NCBI GenBank assembly: GCA_963843975.1
Contig: CAWJMG010000003.1
Span: 1,710,001-1,742,000, forward strand
Source: an uncultured Actinomycetes bacterium
GTDB taxonomy: Bacteria; Actinomycetota; Actinomycetes; S36-B12; CAIYMF01
Direction of reading: 5' to 3'
DNA length: 32,000 bases
Each line of letters starts with the position of its first letter. Within the stretch, counting starts at the first letter, position 1. This document shows, piece after piece, positions 14,103 to 21,958 of the stretch. Both the position numbers and the translations under genes were made by a program. The notes beneath the pieces were generated by a model. That model searched no databases. It saw nothing but the letters and a program-made list of their open reading frames with translations, and was not told the DNA's origin.

Positions 14103-15329
14103 ATGCGCACGATCGCACTCGAGGAGCTCGCCGGCGTCCTCGCCCACCTCCCGACGCACCCCCGCGTGGTCACGAGCGGGAACTTCGCCACCCCGCACAC
14201 CGTGCTCGCGGCCGTCGACGCCGCGCTGCCGTCGTACCGCCTGCACGCGCTGAACGCGCAGCCGGGGCTGCCCGACCGCGAGGGCGTGGAGCTCGAGACG
14301 GCGTTCGTCGGGCCCGGCATGCGCAAGAGCCCGCGCCTGGTCTACATCCCGTCGCGGCTCTCGCTCGTCCCGCGGCTGTTCTCGACCACCTGCCCGCCCG
14401 ACCTCGTCGTGCTGCACACGTCGGTGCCTGTCGAGGGAAAGGTCTCGCTGGGCATCGAGGTCAACATCCTCCCGGCCGCCATCGAGGCCGCCCGTGCGCG
14501 CAACGCGATCGTCGTCGCGCAGACCAACCCGCAGATGCCGTACACGTTCGGCGACGCCGAGATCCCCGTCGACCTCGTCGACTACGCGATCGAGGTGGAC
14601 TCGCCGCTCGTCTCGCCCGGCCAGATGGTGATCGACGACGTGTCGGCGGCGATCGGCGACCGCGTCGCCGCACGCGTGCACGACGGCTCGACGATGCAGC
14701 TCGGCATCGGTGCCGTCCCGGATGCCGTCCTGTCGGGTCTCACCGGCCGGCGAGGGCTGAAGGTGTGGAGCGAGATGTTCAGCGACGGCGTGCTCGAGCT
14801 CGACCGGGCCGGCGCGCTCGACCCGGACGCCAAGCTCGTCTCGTCGTTCCTCTTCGGCTCCCCCGAGCTCTACGCGTGGGTCGACCGCAACCCGCGCGTG
14901 TCGATGCTGCGCACCGAGACCACGAACGAGCCGTCGCTCATCGCCCAGCGGCCGCTCATGACCTCGGTCAACACCGCGCTGCAGGTCGACCTCTACGCGC
15001 AGGCCAACGCCTCGCGCGTGAAGGGCCAGATCTACTCCGGCTTCGGCGGCCAGACCGACTTCATCGTCGGCGCGCTGCACTCCCCCGGCGGCCAGGCGAT
15101 CCTCGCGCTGCGCTCGTGGCACCCGCGCGCCAACGTCTCCACGATCGTGCCGATGATCGAGGAGCCCGTCACCTCGTTCCAGGCCTCGGCGATCGTCACC
15201 GAGAACGGAGCCGCCTGGATCTGGGGCTACGACGAGAAGTCGCAGGCCCGCCACCTGATCCGCGACGCTGCGCACCCGGACGTCCGCGACGAGCTGTGGG
15301 AAGAGGCCCGCGCCCTGCGCCTCGCCTGA
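14103..15329 (+). CDS. acetyl-CoA hydrolase/transferase family protein (4-hydroxybutyrate CoA-transferase-like)
   Basis: 408-aa ORF. It has the family pattern MQLGIGAVPDAV, SEMFSDGV, NTALQVDLYAQANAS, GFGGQTDFIVGA and a C-terminal IVTENG. Confidence 0.8.
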   Translation: MRTIALEELAGVLAHLPTHPRVVTSGNFATPHTVLAAVDAALPSYRLHALNAQPGLPDREGVELETAFVGPGMRKSPRLVYIPSRLSLVPRLFSTTCPPDLVVLHTSVPVEGKVSLGIEVNILPAAIEAARARNAIVVAQTNPQMPYTFGDAEIPVDLVDYAIEVDSPLVSPGQMVIDDVSAAIGDRVAARVHDGSTMQLGIGAVPDAVLSGLTGRRGLKVWSEMFSDGVLELDRAGALDPDAKLVSSFLFGSPELYAWVDRNPRVSMLRTETTNEPSLIAQRPLMTSVNTALQVDLYAQANASRVKGQIYSGFGGQTDFIVGALHSPGGQAILALRSWHPRANVSTIVPMIEEPVTSFQASAIVTENGAAWIWGYDEKSQARHLIRDAAHPDVRDELWEEARALRLA

Positions 15330-15351
15330 CCCGAACGGGCGGGCCGAGCGG

Positions 15352-16941
15352 TCAGTTGCCGTACGGGTTGTACCAGAGGCGGCCGTCGATCTCGGCCGGC
15401 GTGAGCGCCGGCTCGATTCCGGTGAAGACCGTGAGGTCGCCGCAGGTGGTCTCGGTGAACGTGTGACCCGTGCCGGTCAACCGCTCGGCGAACACGGCGC
15501 GCTCGCGCTCCTCGTCGGCCGCGAGCGCCCACGTGCCCGGCGCATCAGGTGCGGGCCGATGGTCGAGGAAAAGCGTGACGAGCCGGGTCTGGCGGACGTC
15601 GTACCTCCCGTGGCCCGCGAGGTCGAGCGGCTCCACCTGCCAGTAGCTGCCCGCCACGTGGTCGACGCCGCTCGCGGCGAGGACGTCGGCCGCCGCGTCG
15701 GTGCACTGCTCCGGCGACGGGGCTCCGGCGCGGACCGCCGATTCGCGTGCCACCCACACGACGGTGCTCGAGGCGGAGCCGACGACGAGCACCGCTGCGA
15801 GCAGGACCCGGACGGACGACGGCACGCGGCGCAGCGGCGTCAGGACGAGCGCGAGGACGAACCACGGGAACGCCGCGACGAGGTAGCGCGGCTCGTCGAT
15901 CCGCCAGGACATCGGCGACAGCGCCACGACCAGCGGCATCGCGAGCAGCACGACGACGACCGCGCCCGCGGCGGGCCGGTCCGCCGAGGCTCCACCCCCG
16001 CGCGCCGCCGAGGCCATTGCCGACCACCATGCCGCGACCTGCCGCCGGTGCCGGACGGCCACCACCAGCAGCCCGGCGTACGCCGGCAGCACGAAGCACC
16101 ATCCGGCCACGCCCGGCAGCAGCGGGTCGAAGGGCAACGAGCGCCAGCCCCCGAGGGAGGTGGACTCGACCCCGAGCGCCTGAGGCACCTGGTGGGCGAG
16201 CACGCCGACCAGTCGGGTGGCGTAGGGCTGCTCCTCCGACTCGTAGGTCGGCACGATGCTCCACGTCCAGCCGCCGGACAGCGCCGCGGCCACCGCCCAC
16301 CAGGCACCGAGCAGCACCGCGACCTCCGTGGCCGCGGCCGCGCGCGCCGAGGAGCGGACGGCGGCGACGAGGTCGGGGAGGAACCACAGCAGCAGGGGGA
16401 CGAGCACGACGAGCGAGGTGACCGACAGCCAGACGCCCGTGACCGTGAGGGCGCCGATCGCGGCCATCCGCCACGCGCCGAACGGCCTGCCCCGGAAGCA
16501 GAGCAGTGCCACCGCCATGCCGACGACCTGCACGGACGAGTGCGCACCCCGCGGGTAGAGCGAGTAGAGCACCGCGACCCCCGGGCCGACAGCCAGCACG
16601 AGCCCGGCCACGAGGGCGCGGCGGTCGGAGGCGATCCGGCGTACGACCAGCATCGTGAGGGCGCAGATCACGAGGGCGAGCAGGATGCCGACGATCCGGA
16701 GCGTCCAGGCGTTCTCGCCACCGACGCCGAAGGCCAGCGCCGTGTCGGCCTGCTCGAGCGAGCCCATGTACCGCTGCCCGGCGTAGAACAGGTACGGCTC
16801 GCCGCCGAGCATGTGCCGGGCCATGAGCCCGGTGATGGCCGAGTCGGCGTCGTACGGCGCGAGCCCGAGGATCAGGACGCCGGCACGCACCGCCGCGGCG
16901 GCGACGAGGACTCCGGCGAAGAGCCACCAGAACAGGCGCAT
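15352..16941 (-). CDS. polytopic membrane protein, possibly a GT-C (ArnT/PMT-like) glycosyltransferase, with a C-terminal extracytoplasmic domain
   Basis: Frame of the 551-aa ORF 15352..17007. I prefer the ATG at 16941 (MRLFWWLF, GGAG 6 nt upstream), but the GTG at 17007 is possible. The first loop DADSAITGLMARHMLGGEPYLFYAGQRYMGSLE resembles the acidic first-loop motif of GT-C enzymes. There are more than 10 helices and a soluble tail of about 130 aa. The family call is tentative. Confidence 0.55.
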   Translation of the reverse strand: MRLFWWLFAGVLVAAAAVRAGVLILGLAPYDADSAITGLMARHMLGGEPYLFYAGQRYMGSLEQADTALAFGVGGENAWTLRIVGILLALVICALTMLVVRRIASDRRALVAGLVLAVGPGVAVLYSLYPRGAHSSVQVVGMAVALLCFRGRPFGAWRMAAIGALTVTGVWLSVTSLVVLVPLLLWFLPDLVAAVRSSARAAAATEVAVLLGAWWAVAAALSGGWTWSIVPTYESEEQPYATRLVGVLAHQVPQALGVESTSLGGWRSLPFDPLLPGVAGWCFVLPAYAGLLVVAVRHRRQVAAWWSAMASAARGGGASADRPAAGAVVVVLLAMPLVVALSPMSWRIDEPRYLVAAFPWFVLALVLTPLRRVPSSVRVLLAAVLVVGSASSTVVWVARESAVRAGAPSPEQCTDAAADVLAASGVDHVAGSYWQVEPLDLAGHGRYDVRQTRLVTLFLDHRPAPDAPGTWALAADEERERAVFAERLTGTGHTFTETTCGDLTVFTGIEPALTPAEIDGRLWYNPYGN

Positions 16942-17078
16942 GCGTGGCTCCGGCGCCGCCGGGCCGTCGGCCGAGTGCGGCTCCACCGCCTGCGCCGCAT
17001 CCGCCACAGCGCACCCCGCTCCCCGACGTCCCTGCCCACGTCGGCCGTCACGCTACCGGGACGTGCCACGATCAGCGC

Positions 17079-17393
17079 ATGACTGACGTGAACCTGGACG
17101 ACGCCCTCGCGATGGTCGTGGAGTTCCGCGCCGCCCCGGGGCGCCGTGACGAGCTCCGCGCCGAGCTGCTCGCGCTCGTCGAGCCCACCCGCGCCGAGGA
17201 CGGCTGCCTGCTCTACGACCTGCACGAGTCGCGCGACGACGAGGACGTGTTCGCGTTCTACGAGGTCTGGCGCGACAAGGCCGCGCACACCGCCCACGAC
17301 GCGACGCCGCACGTGGCCCGCATCCGCTCGGTCATCCCCGAGCTGGCCGTCGGCGGCAACCGCAAGCTCAACCTCCGCCGCATCGAGCCCTAG
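17079..17393 (+). CDS. antibiotic-biosynthesis-monooxygenase (ABM) domain protein / putative quinol monooxygenase
   Basis: ATG at 17079 in the frame of ORF 16944..17393. The 104-aa product has MVVEFRAAPGRRDELRAELLALVEPTRAEDGCLLYDLHESRDDEDVFAFYEVWRDKAAHTAH, typical of the YgiN/ABM ferredoxin-like fold. Confidence 0.8.
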   Translation: MTDVNLDDALAMVVEFRAAPGRRDELRAELLALVEPTRAEDGCLLYDLHESRDDEDVFAFYEVWRDKAAHTAHDATPHVARIRSVIPELAVGGNRKLNLRRIEP

Positions 17394-18400
17394 CCGGTCA
17401 GGTCCTGGCCCTCGGCGGCGTCCCTGCGGCGGGCGGCCATGCCGGACAGGACCTCCCAGACGACGCGGTGGCCGTTGTTGACCGTCACGTCGGCGTGGTC
17501 GTATGCCGGCGCCACCTCGACCACGTCCATGCCGATCACCTGAGTCTCCTGCGCGATGCGGCGTACGACGCGCAGCAGGTCGACGGGAGCCATGCCGCCC
17601 GGCTCGGGAGTGCCCGTGCCGGGCGCGAAGCCCGGGTCGAGCACGTCGATGTCGCACGAGATGTAGATGAGGTCGGGGCCGTCGAGGGCCTCGGCGATCA
17701 CGCGGTCGATCACCGCGTGGATGCCGTCCTCCCAGATCTCCTGCATGAAGTGGGTGCGCATCCCCTGCTCGCGCATCCAGGCGACGACGTCGGCGGGTGG
17801 CCAGTAGCCGCGCAGACCCACCTGCACGAAGTTGCGGCCGAGCACCGCACCGCTCTCGATCAGCCGGCGCATCGGCGTGCCGTGGCTCGCGAGGTTGCCG
17901 TCGATCTCCTCGGCCGTGTCGGCGTGCGCGTCGAAGTGGATGACGCCGACGCGCCCGTGGCCCACATGGTCGGCCACCGCCGCGACCGACGGCCACGTGA
18001 TCGCGTGGTCGCCGCCGAGCACCACGGGCACGATGCCGCGGCTGGCGACCGCGTGCACGCGGTCGTAGATCGCCTGCCGCGAGCGCTCCCACTGGCCGTG
18101 GCTGCAGATCGCGTCGCCGTAGTCGACGACGTCGAGATGGTCGAAGATCTCGAGCTGCAGGTCGAGGTGGTAGGTCCCGGGCGTGTGCGCGCCGCGCAGG
18201 GCCCGCGGGCCGAAGCGGGCGCCCGGGCGGTACGTCGTGCCGCCGTCCCAGGGGGCGCCGACCACGGCGACGTCGGGCTTCCACTCGTCGAGCTGCTCGG
18301 GCTCGGTCAGCAGCGGGCGGTGGCCGAAGGTGGCGGGGCCCATGTAGTCGTCCGCACCGAGCTGTTCGCGCATCCCGGGCGGGAGTCGTTCGTCGGTCAC
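17390..18400 (-). CDS. agmatinase-family ureohydrolase (agmatinase / guanidino-acid hydrolase)
   Basis: 336-aa ORF with the arginase-fold Mn ligand motifs GGDHAITWP, HFDAHADT and SCDIDVLDPGFAPGTGTPEPGG. Substrate specificity cannot be read from the sequence. Confidence 0.9.
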   Translation of the reverse strand: MTDERLPPGMREQLGADDYMGPATFGHRPLLTEPEQLDEWKPDVAVVGAPWDGGTTYRPGARFGPRALRGAHTPGTYHLDLQLEIFDHLDVVDYGDAICSHGQWERSRQAIYDRVHAVASRGIVPVVLGGDHAITWPSVAAVADHVGHGRVGVIHFDAHADTAEEIDGNLASHGTPMRRLIESGAVLGRNFVQVGLRGYWPPADVVAWMREQGMRTHFMQEIWEDGIHAVIDRVIAEALDGPDLIYISCDIDVLDPGFAPGTGTPEPGGMAPVDLLRVVRRIAQETQVIGMDVVEVAPAYDHADVTVNNGHRVVWEVLSGMAARRRDAAEGQDLTG

Positions 18401-18445
18401 GGCGTCACCCTAGGGCCGGCCGCCGGCATCCGTATCGTTTCACCC

Positions 18446-21370
18446 GTGACTGACGATCTGACCCTGCCCAGCCCCCTGAAGATCGCCGCCCGCCCCGCCC
18501 TGGACGCCGCGGGGGCCGCCCGCCTCGCCGACGAGCTGTTCGACGCGACCGGCCCGGTGCGCGAGCTCGGCAGCCAGCAGGACCGCAACTTCCGCGTCGA
18601 CACGGTCGACGGGCCGCGCGTGCTCAAGGTCGCGAACCGGGCCTGGGGGCGCGCCGCGATCGAGGCCCAGAACGCCGCCCTCGTCCACGTCGCCGGCGCA
18701 GGCTTCACCGCACCCGTCCCCGTGCCGGCACGCGACGGCTCGCTGCTGCTGGAGGCCGACGTCGCGGGCGAGCTGCTGCCGGTCCGCCTGCTGACGTATG
18801 TCGAAGGCACGCCGTTGTCGGGCGCCCGCTACCTCGCCCCGGTCGTCGTCGCCGACCTCGGACGGCTCGCGGCGCGCACCGCCGCGGCGCTGGCCTCCCT
18901 CGAGCACCCGGGCCTCGACCGGGTGGGGCAGTGGGACCTGCGCCGCGCGTCCGACGTCGTCGCCAGCCTGCTGCCCTCGGTGCAGGACGACGACCACCGC
19001 GTCCTCGTGACCGCGCGCACGAGCGACGCGCAGGCGCGCGTGGACGCGGTCGCGGGAGGCCTGCGGGTGCAGGCGATCCACGGCGACGTCACCGACGACA
19101 ACGTCGTCGGCGAGCCCGACGAGGCCGGCCGTGTGCGGCCGTCCGGCGTCATCGACTTCGGCGACCTCGGCCGCAGCTGGCTCGTGGCGGAGCTCGCCGT
19201 CACCTGCTCCTCCGTCCTGCGCCACCGCCCCGAGGAGCCGCTCGCGGTGCTCGACGCGGTGCGCGCCTTCCACGAGGTCGTGCCGCTCGACGACGCCGAC
19301 ATCGCCGCGCTGTGGCCGCTCGTCGTGCTGCGCGGAGCGACGCTCGTCGTCGCCGGCGAGCACCAGGCCTCGCTCGACCCGGACAACCCGTCCGCGACCG
19401 AGCCGCTCGAGTCGGAGTGGCAGATCTTCGAGGTCGCGCAGTCGGTGCCGTTCGAGGTGGCGGAGGCCGCGGTGCGGTCCGCGCTCGGGCTCGGCTCACC
19501 CTCGCGTCAGGCTGCCGTCCGGTCGGCACTGGCCGGGGCCGGGCGCCTGCTGCCCGACGTCCCCGCGATGGACGTCGTCGACCTCTCGACCGCCAGCGAC
19601 GCGCTCCACGGCGGACGCTTCCTGCAGCCCGGCGTCGAGCGCGAGGTGCTCCGCGCGGCCGCGGGCGACGGTGCGGCCGCCACGCGCTGGGCCGAGGCGC
19701 GCCTCACCCGTACGACGCCGCTCAGCGCCGCGGCACCGGCCACGGTCGCCCTCGGCGTCGACCTCGCGGTGCCCCGCGGCACCCGCGTCGCCGCACCCTG
19801 GGACGTCGTGGTGGCGGAGTCCGGCACCGGGCGCCTCGTGCTCGGCACCCCGGCGGGGCGCCTGCTCCTCGCCGGGGTCGCCGACGCACCGGCAGCGGGC
19901 ACGTCGGTCGCCGCCGGTGGACGCCTCGGCTCGGTCGACGACGGGCACCTGCACGTGCGGATCGGTCTCGAGCCCGGCCTCGACGTGCCCGAGCTGGCCG
20001 CACCCGGCGAGCGCGGGGCGTGGACCCTGCTGGCGGGCGACCCGTCGCCGATGCTCGGCACCGACGTCGCTGCAGCGCCGGTCGACGTCGACGGCCTGCT
20101 CGCGCGACGCGACGCCGTCTTCGCCGGGGTCCAGGAGCACTACTACGCCGAGCCCATGCGGGTCGAGCGCGGGTGGCAGCACCTCATGCTCGACACCGAC
20201 GGCCGCGCGTACGTCGACATGGTGAACAACGTCGCCGCGGTCGGTCACGGCCATCCGCGCCTCGCCGACGCCGTCGAGCGGCAGATGCGCAGGCTCAACA
20301 CCAACTCGCGGTTCCACTACGAGTCGGTGGCCGCCCTGTCCGAGCGGCTCGTGGCGCTGGCACCGGACGGACTCGACACCGTCTTCCTGGTGAACAGCGG
20401 CTCGGAGGCGGTCGACCTGGCGCTGCGCATCGCGCAGGTCGTGACCGACCGCCAGGACGTCGTCGCGACGCACGAGTCGTACCACGGCTGGACGTACCTC
20501 TCCGACGCGGTCACGACCTCGCTCTACGACAACCCGCGCGCGCTCGAGACCCGCCCCGACTGGGTGCACCTCGCGTCCGCGCCCAACCCGTTCCGCGGCC
20601 GGTTCCGCGGTGCCGACGCCGGTGCCGCCTACGGCGAGGAGCTGCGCCAGCTGGTCGAGCGCATCGCGTCCGAGGGACGCGCGCCTGCGGCGTACATCTG
20701 CGAGCCGGTGCTCGGCAACGCCGGTGGCGTCCTGCTGCCGCCCGGCTATCTCTCGGCGGCGTACGACGCCGTGCGATCGGTGGGCGGGCTCTGCATCGCC
20801 GACGAGGTGCAGGTGGGCTACGGCCGCACCGGCCACCACTGGTGGGCGTACGAGATGCACGGCGTGACGCCCGACATCATCACGATCGCCAAGGCGATGG
20901 GTAACGGCCAGCCTCTCGGCGCGGTGATCACGAGCCGCGCCGTGGCAGACGCATTCGCTGCGCAGGGCTCGTTCTTCTCCTCGGCCGGGGGCAGCCCGGT
21001 GTCGTGCGTCGTGGGCCTGACGGTGCTCGACATCATCGAGGACGAGCAGCTGCAGCAGAACGCGGCCGCAGTCGGCGACCACCTGATCGCTCGCTGCACC
21101 GAGCTTATGGACCGGCATCCGATGGTCGGTGCCGTGCACGGCATGGGCCTGTACCTCGGCGTCGAGCTCGTCCACGACCGCGAGACGCTCGACCCTGCGA
21201 CGGCCGAGTGCTACGCGATCTGCGACCGGCTGCGCGAGCTCGGCATCATCGTGCAGCCCACGGGCGAGCGGGCGAACGTGCTCAAGATGAAGCCGCCGAT
21301 GTGCCTCACCCGCGAGGCGGCCGACTTCTACGTCGACATGCTCGAGAAGGTGCTCGTCGAGGGCTGGTGA
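18446..21370 (+). CDS. tri-domain fusion: APH/hydroxylysine-kinase-like phosphotransferase, degenerate M23 peptidase-like domain, and class-III (AGXT2L-like) aminotransferase/phospho-lyase
   Basis: GTG at 18446 within ORF 17468..21370. The upstream part of that ORF is antisense to the ureohydrolase gene. The kinase has QQDRNFRV, IHGDVTDDNV (D214, codon 19085-19087) and VIDFGD. The M23-like part has LGVDLAVPRGTRVAAP..GHLHVRI. The PLP domain has VNSGSEAVD, ADEVQVGYGRTG and TIAKAMGNGQPLG (K816, codon 20891-20893). Confidence 0.85.
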   Translation: MTDDLTLPSPLKIAARPALDAAGAARLADELFDATGPVRELGSQQDRNFRVDTVDGPRVLKVANRAWGRAAIEAQNAALVHVAGAGFTAPVPVPARDGSLLLEADVAGELLPVRLLTYVEGTPLSGARYLAPVVVADLGRLAARTAAALASLEHPGLDRVGQWDLRRASDVVASLLPSVQDDDHRVLVTARTSDAQARVDAVAGGLRVQAIHGDVTDDNVVGEPDEAGRVRPSGVIDFGDLGRSWLVAELAVTCSSVLRHRPEEPLAVLDAVRAFHEVVPLDDADIAALWPLVVLRGATLVVAGEHQASLDPDNPSATEPLESEWQIFEVAQSVPFEVAEAAVRSALGLGSPSRQAAVRSALAGAGRLLPDVPAMDVVDLSTASDALHGGRFLQPGVEREVLRAAAGDGAAATRWAEARLTRTTPLSAAAPATVALGVDLAVPRGTRVAAPWDVVVAESGTGRLVLGTPAGRLLLAGVADAPAAGTSVAAGGRLGSVDDGHLHVRIGLEPGLDVPELAAPGERGAWTLLAGDPSPMLGTDVAAAPVDVDGLLARRDAVFAGVQEHYYAEPMRVERGWQHLMLDTDGRAYVDMVNNVAAVGHGHPRLADAVERQMRRLNTNSRFHYESVAALSERLVALAPDGLDTVFLVNSGSEAVDLALRIAQVVTDRQDVVATHESYHGWTYLSDAVTTSLYDNPRALETRPDWVHLASAPNPFRGRFRGADAGAAYGEELRQLVERIASEGRAPAAYICEPVLGNAGGVLLPPGYLSAAYDAVRSVGGLCIADEVQVGYGRTGHHWWAYEMHGVTPDIITIAKAMGNGQPLGAVITSRAVADAFAAQGSFFSSAGGSPVSCVVGLTVLDIIEDEQLQQNAAAVGDHLIARCTELMDRHPMVGAVHGMGLYLGVELVHDRETLDPATAECYAICDRLRELGIIVQPTGERANVLKMKPPMCLTREAADFYVDMLEKVLVEGW

Positions 21371-21954
21371 GCCGGCCGCTGGCCCCGCCTCGCGCGCTCC
21401 GCCGCGACTACGCTCGGCGGGTGCACGAGCCGACCGCACCGCACCCGTGGCACGTCCTCGTGGTGACAGGGGGGCTCGGTGCGGGCAAGACCTCCGTGGC
21501 GGTGGAGGTGGGCGAGGTGCTGGACGCCCGCGGCGAGCCGGTGTCGGTGGTCGACCTCGACCAGCTGTGCTGGACCTCGCCGGCGGGCTCGAGCTCGCTG
21601 ACGGTGGACGACGTCCTGCACGGCTCGCTGGCCGCGCTGCTGCCTGTGCACGCTGCTGCCGGCGTCCACCGGCTCGTCCTGCCCCGCCTCCTCCGCACGG
21701 CCGCCCAGGTGGGCGCGCTGCGCGAGGTGATCGGGCCGGCGTCGATGCTCGTCGTGGAGCTGACCGCTACAGCAGAGGCCAGGACGGAGCGCCTGCGGCG
21801 ACGCGACTCCGGCGCCGTGCTCGACGGCCATCTCACCGAGGTCGGGACGCTGCTGCCGGACGACGGCGCCGCCGACGTGCGGCTGGCGACCGATGGCCTC
21901 GCCGTCCGCGACGTCGCGCTCGAGGTGGTCCGGCTCTGGGACGCCGCGACCTAG
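21367..21954 (+). CDS. P-loop NTPase / small-molecule kinase-like protein
   Basis: Frame of ORF 21004..21954. The GTG at 21367 overlaps the upstream stop (GTGA), and the GTG at 21421 is an alternative start. The Walker A motif is VVTGGLGAGKTS, followed by VVDLDQL. The family is not recognised further. Confidence 0.6.
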   Translation: MSRPLAPPRALRRDYARRVHEPTAPHPWHVLVVTGGLGAGKTSVAVEVGEVLDARGEPVSVVDLDQLCWTSPAGSSSLTVDDVLHGSLAALLPVHAAAGVHRLVLPRLLRTAAQVGALREVIGPASMLVVELTATAEARTERLRRRDSGAVLDGHLTEVGTLLPDDGAADVRLATDGLAVRDVALEVVRLWDAAT

Positions 21955-21958
21955 CGGG

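Noticed and set aside
17468-18445. N-terminal 326 codons of the 1300-aa ORF 17468..21370
   Set aside because: This part is antisense to the ureohydrolase gene and has no protein-like sequence. Recognisable kinase sequence begins right after the GTG at 18446.
19496-21439. 647-aa minus-strand ORF, and similar long ORFs 14013..15275(-), 21893..23932(+), 26322..27827(-), 29748..31280(-), 30659..31954(-, upstream part)
   Set aside because: All are opposite to, or out of frame with, genes that have clear family motifs. Their compositions are Arg/Gly/Ala/Pro-dominated, as expected for high-GC shadow frames. Only the last 81 codons of 30659..31954 (the ferredoxin) are accepted.
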